Source of the DNA: Podarcis erhardii
Lineage: Eukaryota
Direction: 5' to 3' (one strand)
NCBI GenBank assembly: GCA_964252035.1
Contig: OZ176205.1
Length of the DNA stretch: 64,000 nucleotides
The first letter of the stretch is position 1, and each line of letters begins with the position of its first letter. The notes under the pieces are model-generated. The model had not been told where the DNA came from, did no database searches, and was given only the letters and a program-made list of their open reading frames with translations. The translations under genes and the position numbers were made by a program. This document shows, piece by piece, positions 48,811-61,900 of the stretch.

Positions 48811-51300
48811 TGGAAGCTGCCCAGAGTTCTGGGGCAACCCAATAAGATGTGTGGGGTATAAATAGTAAAATTATTGTTACGGAATAGGACGCTCCTATTT
48901 TCATCGGAGAAAATGTTGGAGTATATGTGAGCAAAGCAAAGCACTCTCTTCTTCTCCAGTTTCCAGAAATGAGTATTCAGAAGTATTGCTGCCTCCCCCG
49001 TGAAGGCAGAGCATAGACTTCTGAGTAGGAATTAGTCACATACAACTCATTATTTTCAGTGTTATTGGGATTATGGCTTTGTGTTTTTAATATTACATCT
49101 CATTGTGAAGTATGTGAGAATTGCTTAATTTTGTTGACTATTTACTGAGCTATCTTCATTAGTTTGTTGACTATTTACATTGTGCTATCTTTTGTGATTT
49201 TATTTGGGAAGGGCACGCTGCAGCAACCTTCAGCATGTTTCAACTATGGGAAGGTAGCATACAAGGAAATGATAATGGTGATGATAGGAAAAGTGAAATC
49301 TAGGGTAGCTGCCATCTTGAGATGCTGTACGAAGAGTTGGACCATTCTGCAGCCACGTAGGTGCTGCATTGGTGAAGGGGAGGTGCATCTGGTAGCTAGG
49401 GAGTGCTTTGCTAAGCATGACAAAGTGGAGGAAATTAGGAGGGAAAGTGCAGCTAGTGTTCTAAAGACTGGGAACTCTTGAGCAGTTCCACACAATTATC
49501 AGCATGCCATAGGTCTAGCGAAGGCAATTTGTGTTACAGCTAGCAAAGTGGTCAGTTGCAAGGAAGCCTAAATCTACCCCTTTTAGATTTCCGGTTACAA
49601 GTGGAAAGGCAAGCTGACATTTATATGCCTTCTTTGGCTTATTTCTGACTATCGGTCGAATAAAGGAGATTGATTGATTGATTGATGGCAATTGCTACCT
49701 GACTTTCAAAAGACATTCAGAAATGCTTCCTGGACCCCAAAAGAAGCAGAGATATTCTGCCAGCCACCAATTTAGGCCATGGCATCTCACGATTCAAGAA
49801 AAAGAAAATATATAACACCATGTAACACCAGATATAGACGGGACTTGATAAGAAATTAGCACTAGCTTGCAAGGGGAATAGCTTATTCCAGCAAGTCATA
49901 ATAACAAAATAGGCATACTCTTTCTTTTTATCCAGCCCTTCCACCAGATCCACAGCAAAATGTATGCAGATTTATACAGCACAGTACATGAAAAATACTC
50001 TGGAGGAAGGGGACAAAATAGACATTAATCAGATATTAAAGGACTAACATGCCAGAAGGAAATGTACATGTGAATGCTGTCAGGGTTTTTTTTCTTTTTT
50101 TAATGCAACTTTTCTGCATTGCTTGATTGGGTGTAAAAATATAATGTATTCCATTGCAAAATTGCCACAAATGAGCAAATGGATACAAACTAGCCATGAT
50201 ATACTTAATCTGAATTGCTTAAATGAGGGAGGGTGTTTTAAATATATCTGACAGTCTGTAGAGCTGAACTAGTGTTTGGGGATTGGCTTGGCTAGTCTCT
50301 CTCCCCCCCCCCCACTGGGTTTGGATCAATCCGATTAGGTTTCATCATGGCCCTAATTCAGGTGGAAGGGAACGATGCCAGGGTGAGCACAATGAGGAAT
50401 TGGTCAATGGTCGGCGAAAGAGGTTTGGGCGTATCTTTTCCCTCTTTCGGTGCTTTCTCATTTATTTGAAAATTTTGGACTGTTTACGATAATTTCTCAT
50501 TGTGTTCCTTGTAATTTCCAGATATCAGAAATAAGCTGATATGATTAGTCAAGAACAGAGCTGGCTTAGTGCTTCTCAAGCTTAAAAAGGTGTTAAAGAC
50601 TTGCCGAATTAGAAATACTGAGTTAATAGAGAGACTAATAAATAAGAGAGGGTGCTTAATTCCTCTACATCTCAGGCTCTCCCGGGGCATTAGAGTGATG
50701 GATGGATGGATACGACTCTGGACAGGGAGAAAGGAGCGCATACAATGTTTGTGCTTTTCAGAATGGTTTCTAAAACCTGGTGCACATGTATCAGAACTGG
50801 AAGGTAAGGGAGACAGGGAGAAAGATGAGCAGTTGTTGTTTTTGTCTTCTCTGGATTGCAATTCCACTCCCCCCCATCAAATCTCTTCAAGCTGTCTTGC
50901 ATTAATTAGTCTTAACCACACTGTTGCATGTTTAGAAAGAGATCGCTGAATTCAAATAAGGCTTGACCCTAGAGGGACTGGCTCTCTTGCTTTTCTTCTC
51001 TCATCTCCTTAAATCTAAAAATTGCTAAGTGATCTCTGTGGCTCAGGCTTTCCTCGCAGATTAGTGTAAGAAAAGCCCCAACATCTGCAAAAGTGACTGC
51101 TTTTGACAACCGTACCGATATCTTAAAGAGCAGGAATTTCCCTAATAAAACCCCTTAAAAATAAGTCTTCTTAAGATTTCTTAATGCCACAGTGATCAGT
51201 TTGCATGTTTCAGAAATTCAAGAATTTTATATATGTATATAAATATATATCTGCTTTGGAAAGTTATGAAAACGAATCAGGTTTATTTAAAAGGAAAGGA

Positions 51301-51362
<62 letters not shown>
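51301..51362. repeat. (GT)n(GA)n compound microsatellite
   Basis: Read directly. Confidence 0.97.
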
Positions 51363-51365
<3 letters not shown>

Positions 51366-52077
51366 GCAGGAGCCCAGCCTCTTGAAGCTTAGGAGCCCTT
51401 GATAAAACCATAAATTGCATAGTTGCGTGACTATGCAGTGGGAGTAAAAATGACAATTAGTGGTTGATTTGAATTTAGGCATGCTAATAACAACATCAGC
51501 AACAACAATAATGATAATACATGAAACAGCTTTTCTGTAGCTTTCCACTGGTATTATGGTGGGCTCAAATTCTTCATTAAATATCCGAAGCAGAATTGCA
51601 CAGTTGTATTTGCCCACTATAACTGAATTACAGAGTACTGCAGTATTGTCTTTATTAGGGAAAATTGCTTATTATCACAGACATTGACCAGGATTTTGTT
51701 GGGGTGAGGAATGCAGTTTTCAAGTTTGCATTCAAGAGGTTATGCAGTGATCGTGGTGCGGCCATGCATTTACTTGGTAGGCATTGGTAAGCAACCCTCT
51801 GTCAGTCTCAGTCATCCACCTGCAGCGTGACAGTAATAAATACTGGTTTAAATGAAATGTGCTACATAAATGCTCCATATTGTTTGGGTCAATGAAGAGC
51901 TTGCTCCCTTGCACAGTGTGATCTGCTGTCTCTGGCTATGTCACCATGCGCAATCCAGTGCCTAGTATAGAACCCAGCTCCCACGTGCTCCATGTGAGCC
52001 AACATGTTGCCATTGTTTAACCACATGACACACAAATGCATAGTACATTTAAATATCTTTTGTACTGGAACAAAGAG

Positions 52078-52281
52078 GAGGTGTGTTACAGTGGTTAGGG
52101 CCTCCACCTAGGTCTAGAAATAACTGCTTAGCCATGAATCATACCACGCAAGCTTGGGCCAGTCACTATTTCTCAGACTACCTTGCAAGGTTGTTGTGAG
52201 AGTAAATTGGAGTGGGTAAAAAACTGTGCATCCTGAACTCCTTGGAGGACAGGTAGGATGCGAATGGAATAAATAAATAAA
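52078..52281 (+). mobile_element. Old MIR-like SINE
   Basis: tRNA-like head (gtgttacagtggttaggg), MIR-like core (cttgggccagtcact…caaggttgttgtgag) and (AAAT)n tail. Confidence 0.7.
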
Positions 52282-52716
52282 AGTATTGTTATCTTTCAGG
52301 TGAGCATTCAGAGAATATGCATTTTATATAGCAGGGGTTGGGGAAGGTGGCACAGTAACCAAAATGGCTGGGGTAAATGGAAAATTCCCAGATGAGAGTT
52401 TTCTGGGAAAAATTGTTCCCGCTCCAGAATATTCATTGAAATGACTCAGCCACCACCTCCAATATCAGCACCCACAACTAACAATGAAAAATTTAAGAGG
52501 TGATTTTTGCTCAACCTTAGTCCTTAGGTGGATCAACAAGGCCAAGAAGTTCCAATTATTCATATACTTTCTCGTTTGTATCCTACCCAGCCTCTAACAC
52601 TGCTGAAGCTGTTTATCCTCACTGCACCACTTGTACTCCCTCCCTCCCTTCTCTAATAGGTGTGGAAATGGAGAATGAGATATGGCGACCTATTAAAGCC
52701 ATATCTTTAATAGGAA

Positions 52717-53034
52717 GGAAGGGGTGCAGTGGGGGCGTTGCACCCCGGGTGTCACCACTGAGGGGGGTGACAAAATGCCGGGTGGCACTCACTGTGGGGC
52801 CTGCAGTGCGCCCGAGCCACGTGTCTCTGCTGGGAGTGATGCTGTGGCTTGGGTACCCGCAGGTTCCGTGCTGCCCCAAACGGTTTGCCCGCCACCTCCC
52901 CCTCAGCTGTAGGATGGCTGAGTGGGAGGAGGCCCCATGGAGGCCCCATGGAGCGTCCTGCCCTAGCTGGCCCCGCCCCTGGGTGCATGGCACACATGCT
53001 GCCCCAGGGGCCCAATCTGCTTGCTCTGCCGCTG
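52717..53034. mobile_element. GC-rich hAT-like MITE lacking one TIR
   Basis: The right end gctctgccgctg resembles the CAGCGGCG/CAGTGGCG TIR family; the left end is absent. A related fragment (ccctcagctgccctacagctgaggg) lies at about 2120-2150. Confidence 0.55.
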
Positions 53035-53356
53035 TTAAAGCCTTCTGTAAATTCATGGCAGCTCAGCCTGGGTTTGACCTCTTGACTAGCAGCATCATAC
53101 ATACTGGCATCCACTGGCCCTCAACAGGCACAGAACAAATATATGCACTGGAGTGATGTTAAGAGTGCTTTCTAGCTAGCAAGCGCTGTTAAGATGTAGG
53201 CAACGATAATATGATATATTATAGAAATTGAGTATAGTAAGAAAAAGAAATCAGAAAGAAAAGGAGGCAGGGAAGGTGAAGACACATTGCTCTGAACATA
53301 TGCTCAAGGGGACTCTGAGAATCAATGGGCTTTGCTGAGCCATAGGACATTCCACC

Positions 53357-53358
<2 letters not shown>

Positions 53359-53393
<35 letters not shown>
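53359..53393. repeat. (TG)n microsatellite
   Basis: Read directly. Confidence 0.95.
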
Positions 53394-53395
<2 letters not shown>

Positions 53396-56300
53396 CCATT
53401 AAAATTAAGTATGTCACAGCATTAAACTATGCGATTTGAAGGAAGCCAAGCCATATTTATTCTGTATGATGGAAGCAGTAGAACAAATCTGTGTAAGCCA
53501 CAGCAATTTGCTGCTGGAACTTTCTATGGGGAGCTGAGTGGAAGCTGGCTACAGCAGGATTTTATGCAAGGCTAAGAGAGGCACAAAGGTAAATTTTTAA
53601 GAATAATTAATTTCCTACAGAAGAAGGACTTGGATGGGCTATGGTCTCAGCTACTCAGGCCTGGCAACAGAAAGAATTCTGGAGGCACATGGAACAATCG
53701 AGCTGGCATTACTGCTTGGGAACTCAGGTAGAGTGAAAGGGATGGGGATTTCTTTTCAATGATGTGATCAGTGCCTCATGACTGGCAGAGATCTTATGCT
53801 TCCCGGTCCCCAATTTTTCCAGTAAGGTCTGTGTTGGAAAATACTGACATGTACCACCACAGGGCAGTGGAAGCTGCCTTCCCTTTAAAAAAAATTCTCT
53901 ACCTTGTAGGGCACCCCTAAACCAGTGCCAACTCTCTGCTCTGCAACTGAGCTCACGGAGAGCCTTCTGCAGCATGGGGTGCATGGCTACTAGAATCTGT
54001 GGAACAGGCTACTCATCTGAACACTGTTAGAAGGGGGGGACACACACAAGATGTCCCCAATCCCTTCCAACTCAGGGAAACTCTGTTGAATCAAACACCA
54101 TATCTTCCTGAGCTGCCTTCCTACCAAACCAGATTGGGATGCTGGGGAGGTGGAGAAGAGGTGCAGGAGGAGTCACATAATCCAAATGTCAACAGTATAA
54201 GTCACTCTCCCTCAGCTGGTGCCCTCCAGGTGTTTTGTTTTACACCTCCCATTAGGCTTTGACATCACCTACCAGCGTTGGAACGTCAATGCTCTGCACA
54301 GGGTTTGCAAAGATTCCACATGAGGAACTTGGTGGTGCAGTCAACTGAGCAGACTGTGTTCCCCATGGGAGCTCAGTCATGTATCCAAGCCAGCTGCATC
54401 TCTACCTGTCTCGTCCTGATATCACATATGATGTCAAGTGTGGGACAGGTGGATGTGGTTTGTGGAACATGGTCTCATGGCCAACTTGGGACCCAGGCCA
54501 GGCCAAAGTTGGCCTGTGGGCCTGTGCTTCCACACCCCTGCAACAATGGAATCAATTCAAGATTGAAATGGGATAAGACTAGCAATTGGATACTTTTCTC
54601 TCTTTCATCTCAAAAGAATGGCATAAACTAATATCTGAACTACAATAAATGATTTATACCCCACACTCTGAAGGCCCACTTGCCTGCTTCTAGAAGTAAT
54701 CAGTCTCCCAGCCTTTTCAAGCTTTTTAAACAAAAGTCAGGTATGCAGGAGTAGCTTGCAATAAAGTTTAGCTGTCCTAATTTGATTGGTATCAGAAAAG
54801 ACGTCAGGTTATAATATGCAGAACAGTTATTTAGAAAGAAGTCCCATTGAAATGTGAGATTTGCTTTCAACTGGGCATGTTTAGGATCAGGTTGTCCTGA
54901 AGAACAAAAGGGGGAAACCACCAGGGGACGATTAGCTCTATTATTGATAGCCTGACTGCTCAGAGAAGTCAGAAAGCAATTTCCTGATATCTTCACAGAT
55001 GGAAAAAAATGGAATTCACATATTATATTAAGCACCTTTTCCAGCTTAATATCTCAATCAGTGCAAACTGTCCTTTGTAATTCAGAGAGTGGGCTGCAGA
55101 GCTGTTTTCCCCAAAGATGCTGTGTAGTATTGGGAATATTGGGAGCTGCCAATTGCAATAATAGCATCTAATTCCAAATTAATTCAGTGTAAATGAACTG
55201 TCAAGAGAAGATTGATTTGTTTTAGTAATTGCTCTGGTTCAGACTGCTTGGTGACAGCAGGAAAGAGCCAACAGGAATGGTGTGATGGCAGGCCTGGTGG
55301 AGCCTAAGGGGAGACTTGAGAGGCAGGGGACTGGTTACAAATATCAACTGTCAGGCCTGCAGCTGAATGGGATGCTATTCCAGGCATAAATGTCTGCAGG
55401 AATGACTTGAATGTTGCCAAAAGTCCTTTCATGAAATTGAGATATCAAAGACTTGTGGTGCATCCCTGTTGTGTTTTTGAAGGAGGGGTAGGCATGCATG
55501 CAATCTATACTACCCCCCCATTAGACATTTCTCACCATGATGCTGCCATGTGGATAGTGGGAGTTTTGGAACTGGTAGAGGCTCCAAATCACATGATTAA
55601 CCTCTCTGCTTCTTTAAGGGATCTGATTTTTGTGCTTTACACATTGCAGTTTTGCATGCAACACGAATCTGAGAGCAGGGGAAACTATTATATGGATGCC
55701 CTTGAAGAGCAGGGCCAATTTTCTCATGGGGGGAGGGAGTGTTCTGAAAAAAATCTGAGAATATTCTTTCTCAGGGTCCTCCCCAACTATTGAAGAATTT
55801 CAGCCTTGCAGAATATTTTGTAAGATGCTCACCCTCCGACTGCTCTGAATAGATCAGAAAATTTTGGGTGAAATTGTTGATCCAATTAAATGGGCACATG
55901 TTCTATCAGCAGAACATGCCCCTCTCCTATGTCTGCTGTGGATGGATGGAGGAAAACCCAGAACAGATTTAGGGGGTGCATGGGGGAAGGAGAGGGGGGA
56001 GAGATATGTTGCGCAAACCTTATTCTTTCCATTCCTTCTTTTAGCCCATGGCTTCCTTCAGCCTCCAGTATGAGTAAGAGATATCTGGTGTGATTCACCT
56101 AATCAGCCCTGTTAGCAGAAGCCCTATGTAAGGTCTTCTGCTAGCACAATGGGGCTTTCCCCCTCCCCTCCCCACCCCATGCATGTTTCTATTCATATTT
56201 TGCTGAAATCTCCTTGAGATTCCCAGCCATTCATTCTAGTCTTTCCCTCTAAAGCAATAGAAAACAAGTCAGCATCATCTTCTGCATGGCATCTTCTCCA

Positions 56301-56474
56301 AACGCTTAGAGACTGAAAGTACACCTAATAATTCACCCATCGTTGCAGCAGCATCACCAGTCACTGTCTGCTTCACTATCAAGATGCAGGGAGTGTATCT
56401 TAGTGGAAGAGATAAAAACGTATGGGGAGAGGGAATGATTCAGTTGCTGATCTGGTGTTGTGCTGTGCCATGTA

Positions 56475-56730
56475 CAGTGGTACCTCTGGAAATGAACGGG
56501 ATCCATTCCAGAGCCCCGTTCGCATCCTGAAGTAAATGCAACCCACGTCTGCGTGTGCACGGGTCGCGATTCGCCGCTTCCGTTCATGTGCATGACATCA
56601 TTTTGACTATCTGCACATGCATAAGCGGAGAAACCCAGAAGTAATGCATTCTGTTACTTCAGGGTCACTGCGGAGCACAACCTGAAAGCGCTCAACCTGA
56701 AGCAACTTCAGCCCAAGGCTGATCCTGCTA
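56475..56730. mobile_element. Tigger-like MITE with degraded right end
   Basis: TA|CAGTGGTACCTC start. The interior resembles the reverse of 2873-3124. Confidence 0.75.
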
Positions 56731-56756
56731 TACTGTTTTGACTGATAGCATGGAGA

Positions 56757-57155
56757 AGAAGAAGAGTTTGGACTTGATATCCCGCCTTTCACGCCCCTTC
56801 AGGAGTCTCAAAGCGGCTTACAATCTCCTTTCCCTTCCTCCCCCACAACAAACACTCTGTGACAGTGGCGTAGTGTGGGGGGTGCAGGGGGGCCGGCTGC
56901 ACCGGGCGCAACACCTGGGGTTAGGGTTAGGGGGCGCAAATCCACAGGTTAGGGGGTGCAAATTACTTGCCTTGCCCCGGGTGCTGACAACCCACGCTAC
57001 GCCACTGCTCTGTGAGGTGAGTGGGGCTGAGAGACTTCAGAGAAGTGTGACTAGCCCAAAGTCACCCAGCAGCTGCATGTGGAGGCGCGGGGAAGCGAAC
57101 CCGGTTCACCAGATTACGAGACCACCGCTCTTAACCACTACACCACACTGGCTCC
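56757..57155 (-). mobile_element. tRNA-derived MIR-like SINE (Squam3-type), interrupted by a hAT MITE
   Basis: Reverse complement of the 27595-27837 family, with a (GAA)n tail at left and ccactacaccacactggctccc at right. Confidence 0.92.
56863..57007. mobile_element. 145-bp hAT MITE
   Basis: CAGTGGCGTAG…CTACGCCACTG TIRs. Perfect 8-bp TSD CTCTGTGA (56855-56862, 57008-57015). Confidence 0.95.
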
Positions 57156-58439
57156 CATGATGTGGTTCCCATGAAGCTTGGGCCTCATGGAACTTGCAAA
57201 ACAAAGTGACTGAAGAGGTCACTGCAATTTGAGAGCATGCAGCTGAGTCTGAGCAGTCCGTATCTTTGAGCCCAGGGATCCATTTTTATGCAGTCGTTAT
57301 ATTTTGAGCAGAGTCGGATTGTTCTCAGGGGAATCCCGTGCACGTTAATTCAGAAGTGTCCTGTTGTGTTTCCTCCAAGGTCTGCATGGAGAGCCTTCAT
57401 GCAGCAGAGGTGGTGAAAAATCTTATACATGAGGTGGAACAATTGCACTGCATACAGTCACTGTATATCCCCCCCCCCCTGCCCCCGCGCATGATCTTTA
57501 GTGTTACCTGAATCTGCCAGGACTCAAGAATTGAGGACAAAGCCATAGGGTGCCTGCTTACTTGACATCCCACAAATCTTCCATTATTGCCTGGAAGGCT
57601 TTTCAGGATGCTTTCGTTTCCTAATTTGCTTGCATGTGAAAAAATGAAGAATAAATACCAGAATAGGTTGTTAGATTTGGGATCTGACTACACACAAGGC
57701 TTGAAAAGTTGCAAGAAAATATTAAACAAACCCAGTAACCATCATCCCCCTAAGGCAGCTACTGCTAACATTAAGGATACTATTAGGCTTGTGTTCCCCC
57801 CTCCCCTCCCCCTCTTTTGTTTTTGTTGTTTAAATTCTCTAATCAATACAGGTGGTATGTGAGTGAATTGCTAATGAGGCTGTCTAGATGATTTTATCAA
57901 TAACATTTAAATACTTTTCACACTTGCAGTGGATTTTGAATAATTTATTTGTTTCTGGTCAATTGCATATTATCTCATTAGCATTAGTCTGAGACAAGTT
58001 AGCAATCTTTAAAGTTATTTAGACTAGTTATTTGGACTAGTTAGCAATCTTTAAAGACTCTGGGGTTGAAATTTTGGATTTCCTTCCTCTTAAGAATCAG
58101 GGTTTTCAAGGATTCAGTTCTGAAAAATCTTAATTTGTGGGAGTAATTAAAGGGATGCTCTGTACAAATTCAGAATAAACATTAATCTGATATCCTTTAA
58201 TGGTGTGTTTGTGTTTTTCAGAAAACAAAATTTGATTTGCAAATCAATCAATCAATCAATGTATATTTTATTTATATTTATAAAAATATCTTCTTCTAAA
58301 TAATGCTATATTAATTAATTTAAAGTTGTGGGTTTTTTTTTAAAAAACCCCTAAACTTCCCTTAATCTGAACAGATTTCAGAGCAGAGTATAATAGCAAC
58401 AACATACAATAAAGGCAAAACACATCCCACAAAGATTAT

Positions 58440-58442
58440 AAG

Positions 58443-58481
<39 letters not shown>

Positions 58482-58930
58482 TTATTTATATCCCACCCTC
58501 CCCAGCCGAAGCTGGGCTCAGAGCGGCTAACAACAATAAAAGTAACACAACATTCTAAAGTCAATTCAAAATCAAATTAATGGCAACCTTTGGGCTAGAG
58601 TTCTGTGAGAATTACCAAAGGAGGGGGTCAGACTGTGCCTTGGCCAAAGGCCTTGTGGACCAGCTCTGTCTTGCAGGCCCTGCAAAAAGATGTCAAGTCC
58701 CGCAGGGCCCTAGTCTCTTGTGACAGAGTGTTCCACTAGATCAGGGCCACAGCTGAAAAAGCCCTGGCTCTGGCTGAGGCCAGCCTAACCTCCCTGTGGC
58801 TCGGGACCTCCAAGATGTTTCTGTTTCAAGACCGTAAGGTCCCTCTGTGGGACATACCCTTAGGTCCGAGGTATGAGGCCGTATAAGGCTTTAAAGGTTA
58901 AAACCAGCACCTGAAACCCAATCCTGAAAC
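58440..58930 (-). mobile_element. L2-clade LINE 3' fragment (second subfamily)
   Basis: (ATT)n tail, atcccaccctccccagccgaagctgggctcagagcggc 3' end, and RT-coding remnants (ggctttaaaggttaaaaccagcac). Confidence 0.88.
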
Positions 58931-59170
58931 CTAAAAGGCAATAGCTAAAAACCACTAAGTAGAACAAAGACAAATGTAGTCCCTTTAAAATGCTTGGGCA
59001 AGTAAGTTGTAACCTTCTGTCATCTGAGTCTCTCTAGGGAGAGTTTTCCAAAGTCATGGAACAACCACAGAAAAGGCCATTTCTTTCATGTAAACATAAT
59101 GCACTTCTGCAAGTGATCGCGCCAGCAAAAGGTCACCCACTGAAGATCTTAATACACAGGCAGGGCAATA

Positions 59171-59384
59171 CATTGGGTACCTCAGGTTACATATGCTTCA
59201 GGTTACAGACTCCGCTAACCCAGAAATAGTACCTCAGGTTAAGAACTTTGCTTCAGGATAAGAACAGAAATCATGTGGCAGTGGGAGGCCCCATTAGCTA
59301 AAGTGGTGCTTCAGGTTAAAGAACAGTTTCAGGTTAAGAACGGACCTCCGGAACGAATTAAGTACTTAACCCGAGGTACCACTG
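59171..59384. mobile_element. Tigger-like MITE (12903-13123 family)
   Basis: Collinear with 12903-13123. The right TIR plus TA is intact; the left TIR is slightly mutated. Confidence 0.9.
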
Positions 59385-59450
59385 TATGGGAGGATGTGTT
59401 GCTTTGGCTATTTGCGTCCCAAGCCATTTAGGGTTTCATACTGATGCCTG

Positions 59451-59632
59451 TAACAACAACAACAACAACAATAATTAGTTTTATTTATATCCCGCCCTCC
59501 CCGGCCAGAACCGGGCTCAGGGCAGCTAACATCAAAATATATAATACATTAAGACATAAAATTCAGCAATCAATTGAAATACAGCTTAAAATCAGATTAA
59601 GGTCAAAATAAGATCAGATGGCTACCCGCAGG
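59451..59632 (-). mobile_element. L2-clade LINE 3' tip
   Basis: (AAC)n tail and atcccgccctccccggccagaaccgggctcagggcagctaac match the 58440 copy. Confidence 0.8.
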
Positions 59633-60095
59633 CTAACCCTATAGGCTAACCTATAGGGGTTAGGAACCTTAAGTACTCACCAGGCTCAACTATTTGTATG
59701 AGCTGGTGAGAAGAGTTAGAGAAGCCACTTATATGCAGGGTCCTGACCCAAAGCCACAAATTTCCCAATGTTAATACATTCCATAGGAAGCCACGGTCAA
59801 TTTGGAGCTCTCTGGAGGACATTCCTATCTCAAATACATGTTTTGAAACAGATATTTGTAATTTCTGCACATTGTATTTACGGCATATACATGTTTAAAA
59901 TGGAGTATATAAAGCAGAACACAGACCAAAGATGAGGAAAAGGCAATAAAATCCATCCCTTCTGCAGCACAGAGAAACATGCACAACTTGCTCATGTCCA
60001 CTCTGAAACTGATAACATTATTGGAATGTAGTCATATTTACTAAGTTTCATTTCAGAACCCACATGCATGGACAGCTCCTCACTAGCTTAACTAA

Positions 60096-60339
60096 GGGCT
60101 TATCCACACTTACCCTTTGCCCTGCTCTTTCCAGGCACCAGGTCTGTGCTTAAAAGCTCAGGGTCTGAGTAGGAGTGTGTGTGTTTTACCCTTGAACTTT
60201 CACTGTGAAAATCAAACATCAATTTTGGTTTTTCGTGGGTTGCCATTTGCTCTGATTTAGCTTTAAATTGCGAGTTTTCACAGGGAAAGCTCTGGCCATG
60301 CCTGGGAACAGCAGAGGAATGATAAGTGTGGCTACACCC
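60096..60339. mobile_element. PIF/Harbinger-like MITE
   Basis: Inverted ends GGGCTTATCCACACTTA … TAAGTGTGGCTACACCC. TAA on the left flank only. Confidence 0.55.
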
Positions 60340-61439
60340 TCTCATGGTTCCATTCATCAGGATATCTAAGATTTCATCATCAAAACAATATGATGCACAT
60401 TCTGCTGTTGCATTTCTTCTTCTGCTTTCTCTCATGTCTGGTGGAAAAACACACATGAAACAAGCCATGAATAGTTGCTTGAGTGCCATTTTTGCCCAGG
60501 CATTTAAAGAACTACTAAAGCCATTTCTCTAAGCCAGGGGGTAACTTTCCACATGCTGTGAACCACACCCAACAGCCATAGCTAGCCTGCCAATGATCAG
60601 GAATGATGAGAGCTGGAATCTACAACATCTGGAAGGCACAAATTGCTTGAAACAGCTTTTTTCTGAGTGAAGATGGGTACAAGGGAGGGAAAATTTGCAT
60701 TTGTGAGGCTGACAGCTTTTATATTTCATTTTGTGTGCGTATGTATAGTGTGGCCTGCATGAAAACGCCTTACCTTCATTCTTCCTTAATGGTAAAACAC
60801 TGCAGAATGAAATGCTACTATACATGTTACCGCAAACTGATGCTGTGTGCTGGCAAGGAGATACCTGGAAAGTAAGGGAGAAAGGACCTTCTAAGCAGCT
60901 GGTCTATTTGGCATTTCAAACATTTTCCCAACATGAATATGATTTCCTTGATGGAAGTCTTGTTTTCTATTTTATTTTATGCATGATATTTATATGTCCA
61001 CCCTCATCAAAAGTTGATTCCAAGACAGTTCACAACAATAACACTTTAAAAAAGAAGCCTCTGAATACTAAATATGTGAAGCAATCTCCAGAGCACTGCA
61101 GAAGTTCACTACTTACTATTCTGCCCATTAAGACTCTGCTACCAGCTTAATCTTTCTATTTTATGTCTACAGACTTCAATTTCCCCTGCCAATTTCTCTT
61201 CCTAACTGATCCACAGTGTTTCTGCACAGTCCAAATGAGCAGCAGTATTTCAGTTGGATCCCTGAAAACAATCAAAAATATCTTGTTGGAAATAAATTGT
61301 TGGTTGACACACAGACATATTCTTTCCCTGGAACAATATATAAGATTTCATGGCATGGAATGACTGAGGGAGCCAGAGACATAAAACTGTAGTTTTCTGC
61401 TTCTTCTTTTTTACCCCTCTTTCTGTTTTTCGCCCCTTT

Positions 61440-61900
61440 CTTCTTCCCCGGCCTCCATTTAACCCCTCAAGATGGCATACGTGATCTAGGACAGCTCTGT
61501 CCCTTTAAGAATGAGCTTTTAAAAGTGCAGTCTAATCTCCTTCTATCCACTTGAACCTTGGATTAAAAAAATTTCCACCAATCCGGATTTCCAAACTCTT
61601 GACGATTCCACAGGGGCTTGTTTATGGAAGTATCCTTTAGAAAAACGGCTTATACTTTGAGATGAAGAGAACGCAGGGAGCTAATGTGAAGATTTAGGAC
61701 TTTCTAGGAGGCTTGTGGTGCCTAAGCGTGGCTTGCTTGAGCAGTCTGAGGGTCCTTTTGCAGACTAAGAGGGATTAATCTCCCCTTAACCAGCAGGCCT
61801 ATGCACACATTCATAAATATAACCGTCTCTCTCTAATCGCTTCACTCCATAATCCACAATGATTTCTCAGGAATTATCATTTTATCTCAGCTAAATAAAC
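61440..61900. promoter_or_regulatory. Putative enhancer with dense K50-homeodomain motifs
   Basis: GGATTA 61560, overlapping GGATTAATCT 61772-61781, TAATCC 61850, TAATCT 61533 and TAATCG 61834, in repeat-free sequence. Confidence 0.4.

Noticed and set aside
49164-49481. 105-aa ORF
   Set aside because: No convincing splice sites or start context, and no recognisable homology.
50569-50949. 126-aa ORF in the TE-free block
   Set aside because: It starts with a non-ATG codon, runs through (GGAT)n and low-complexity sequence, and has no recognisable domain.
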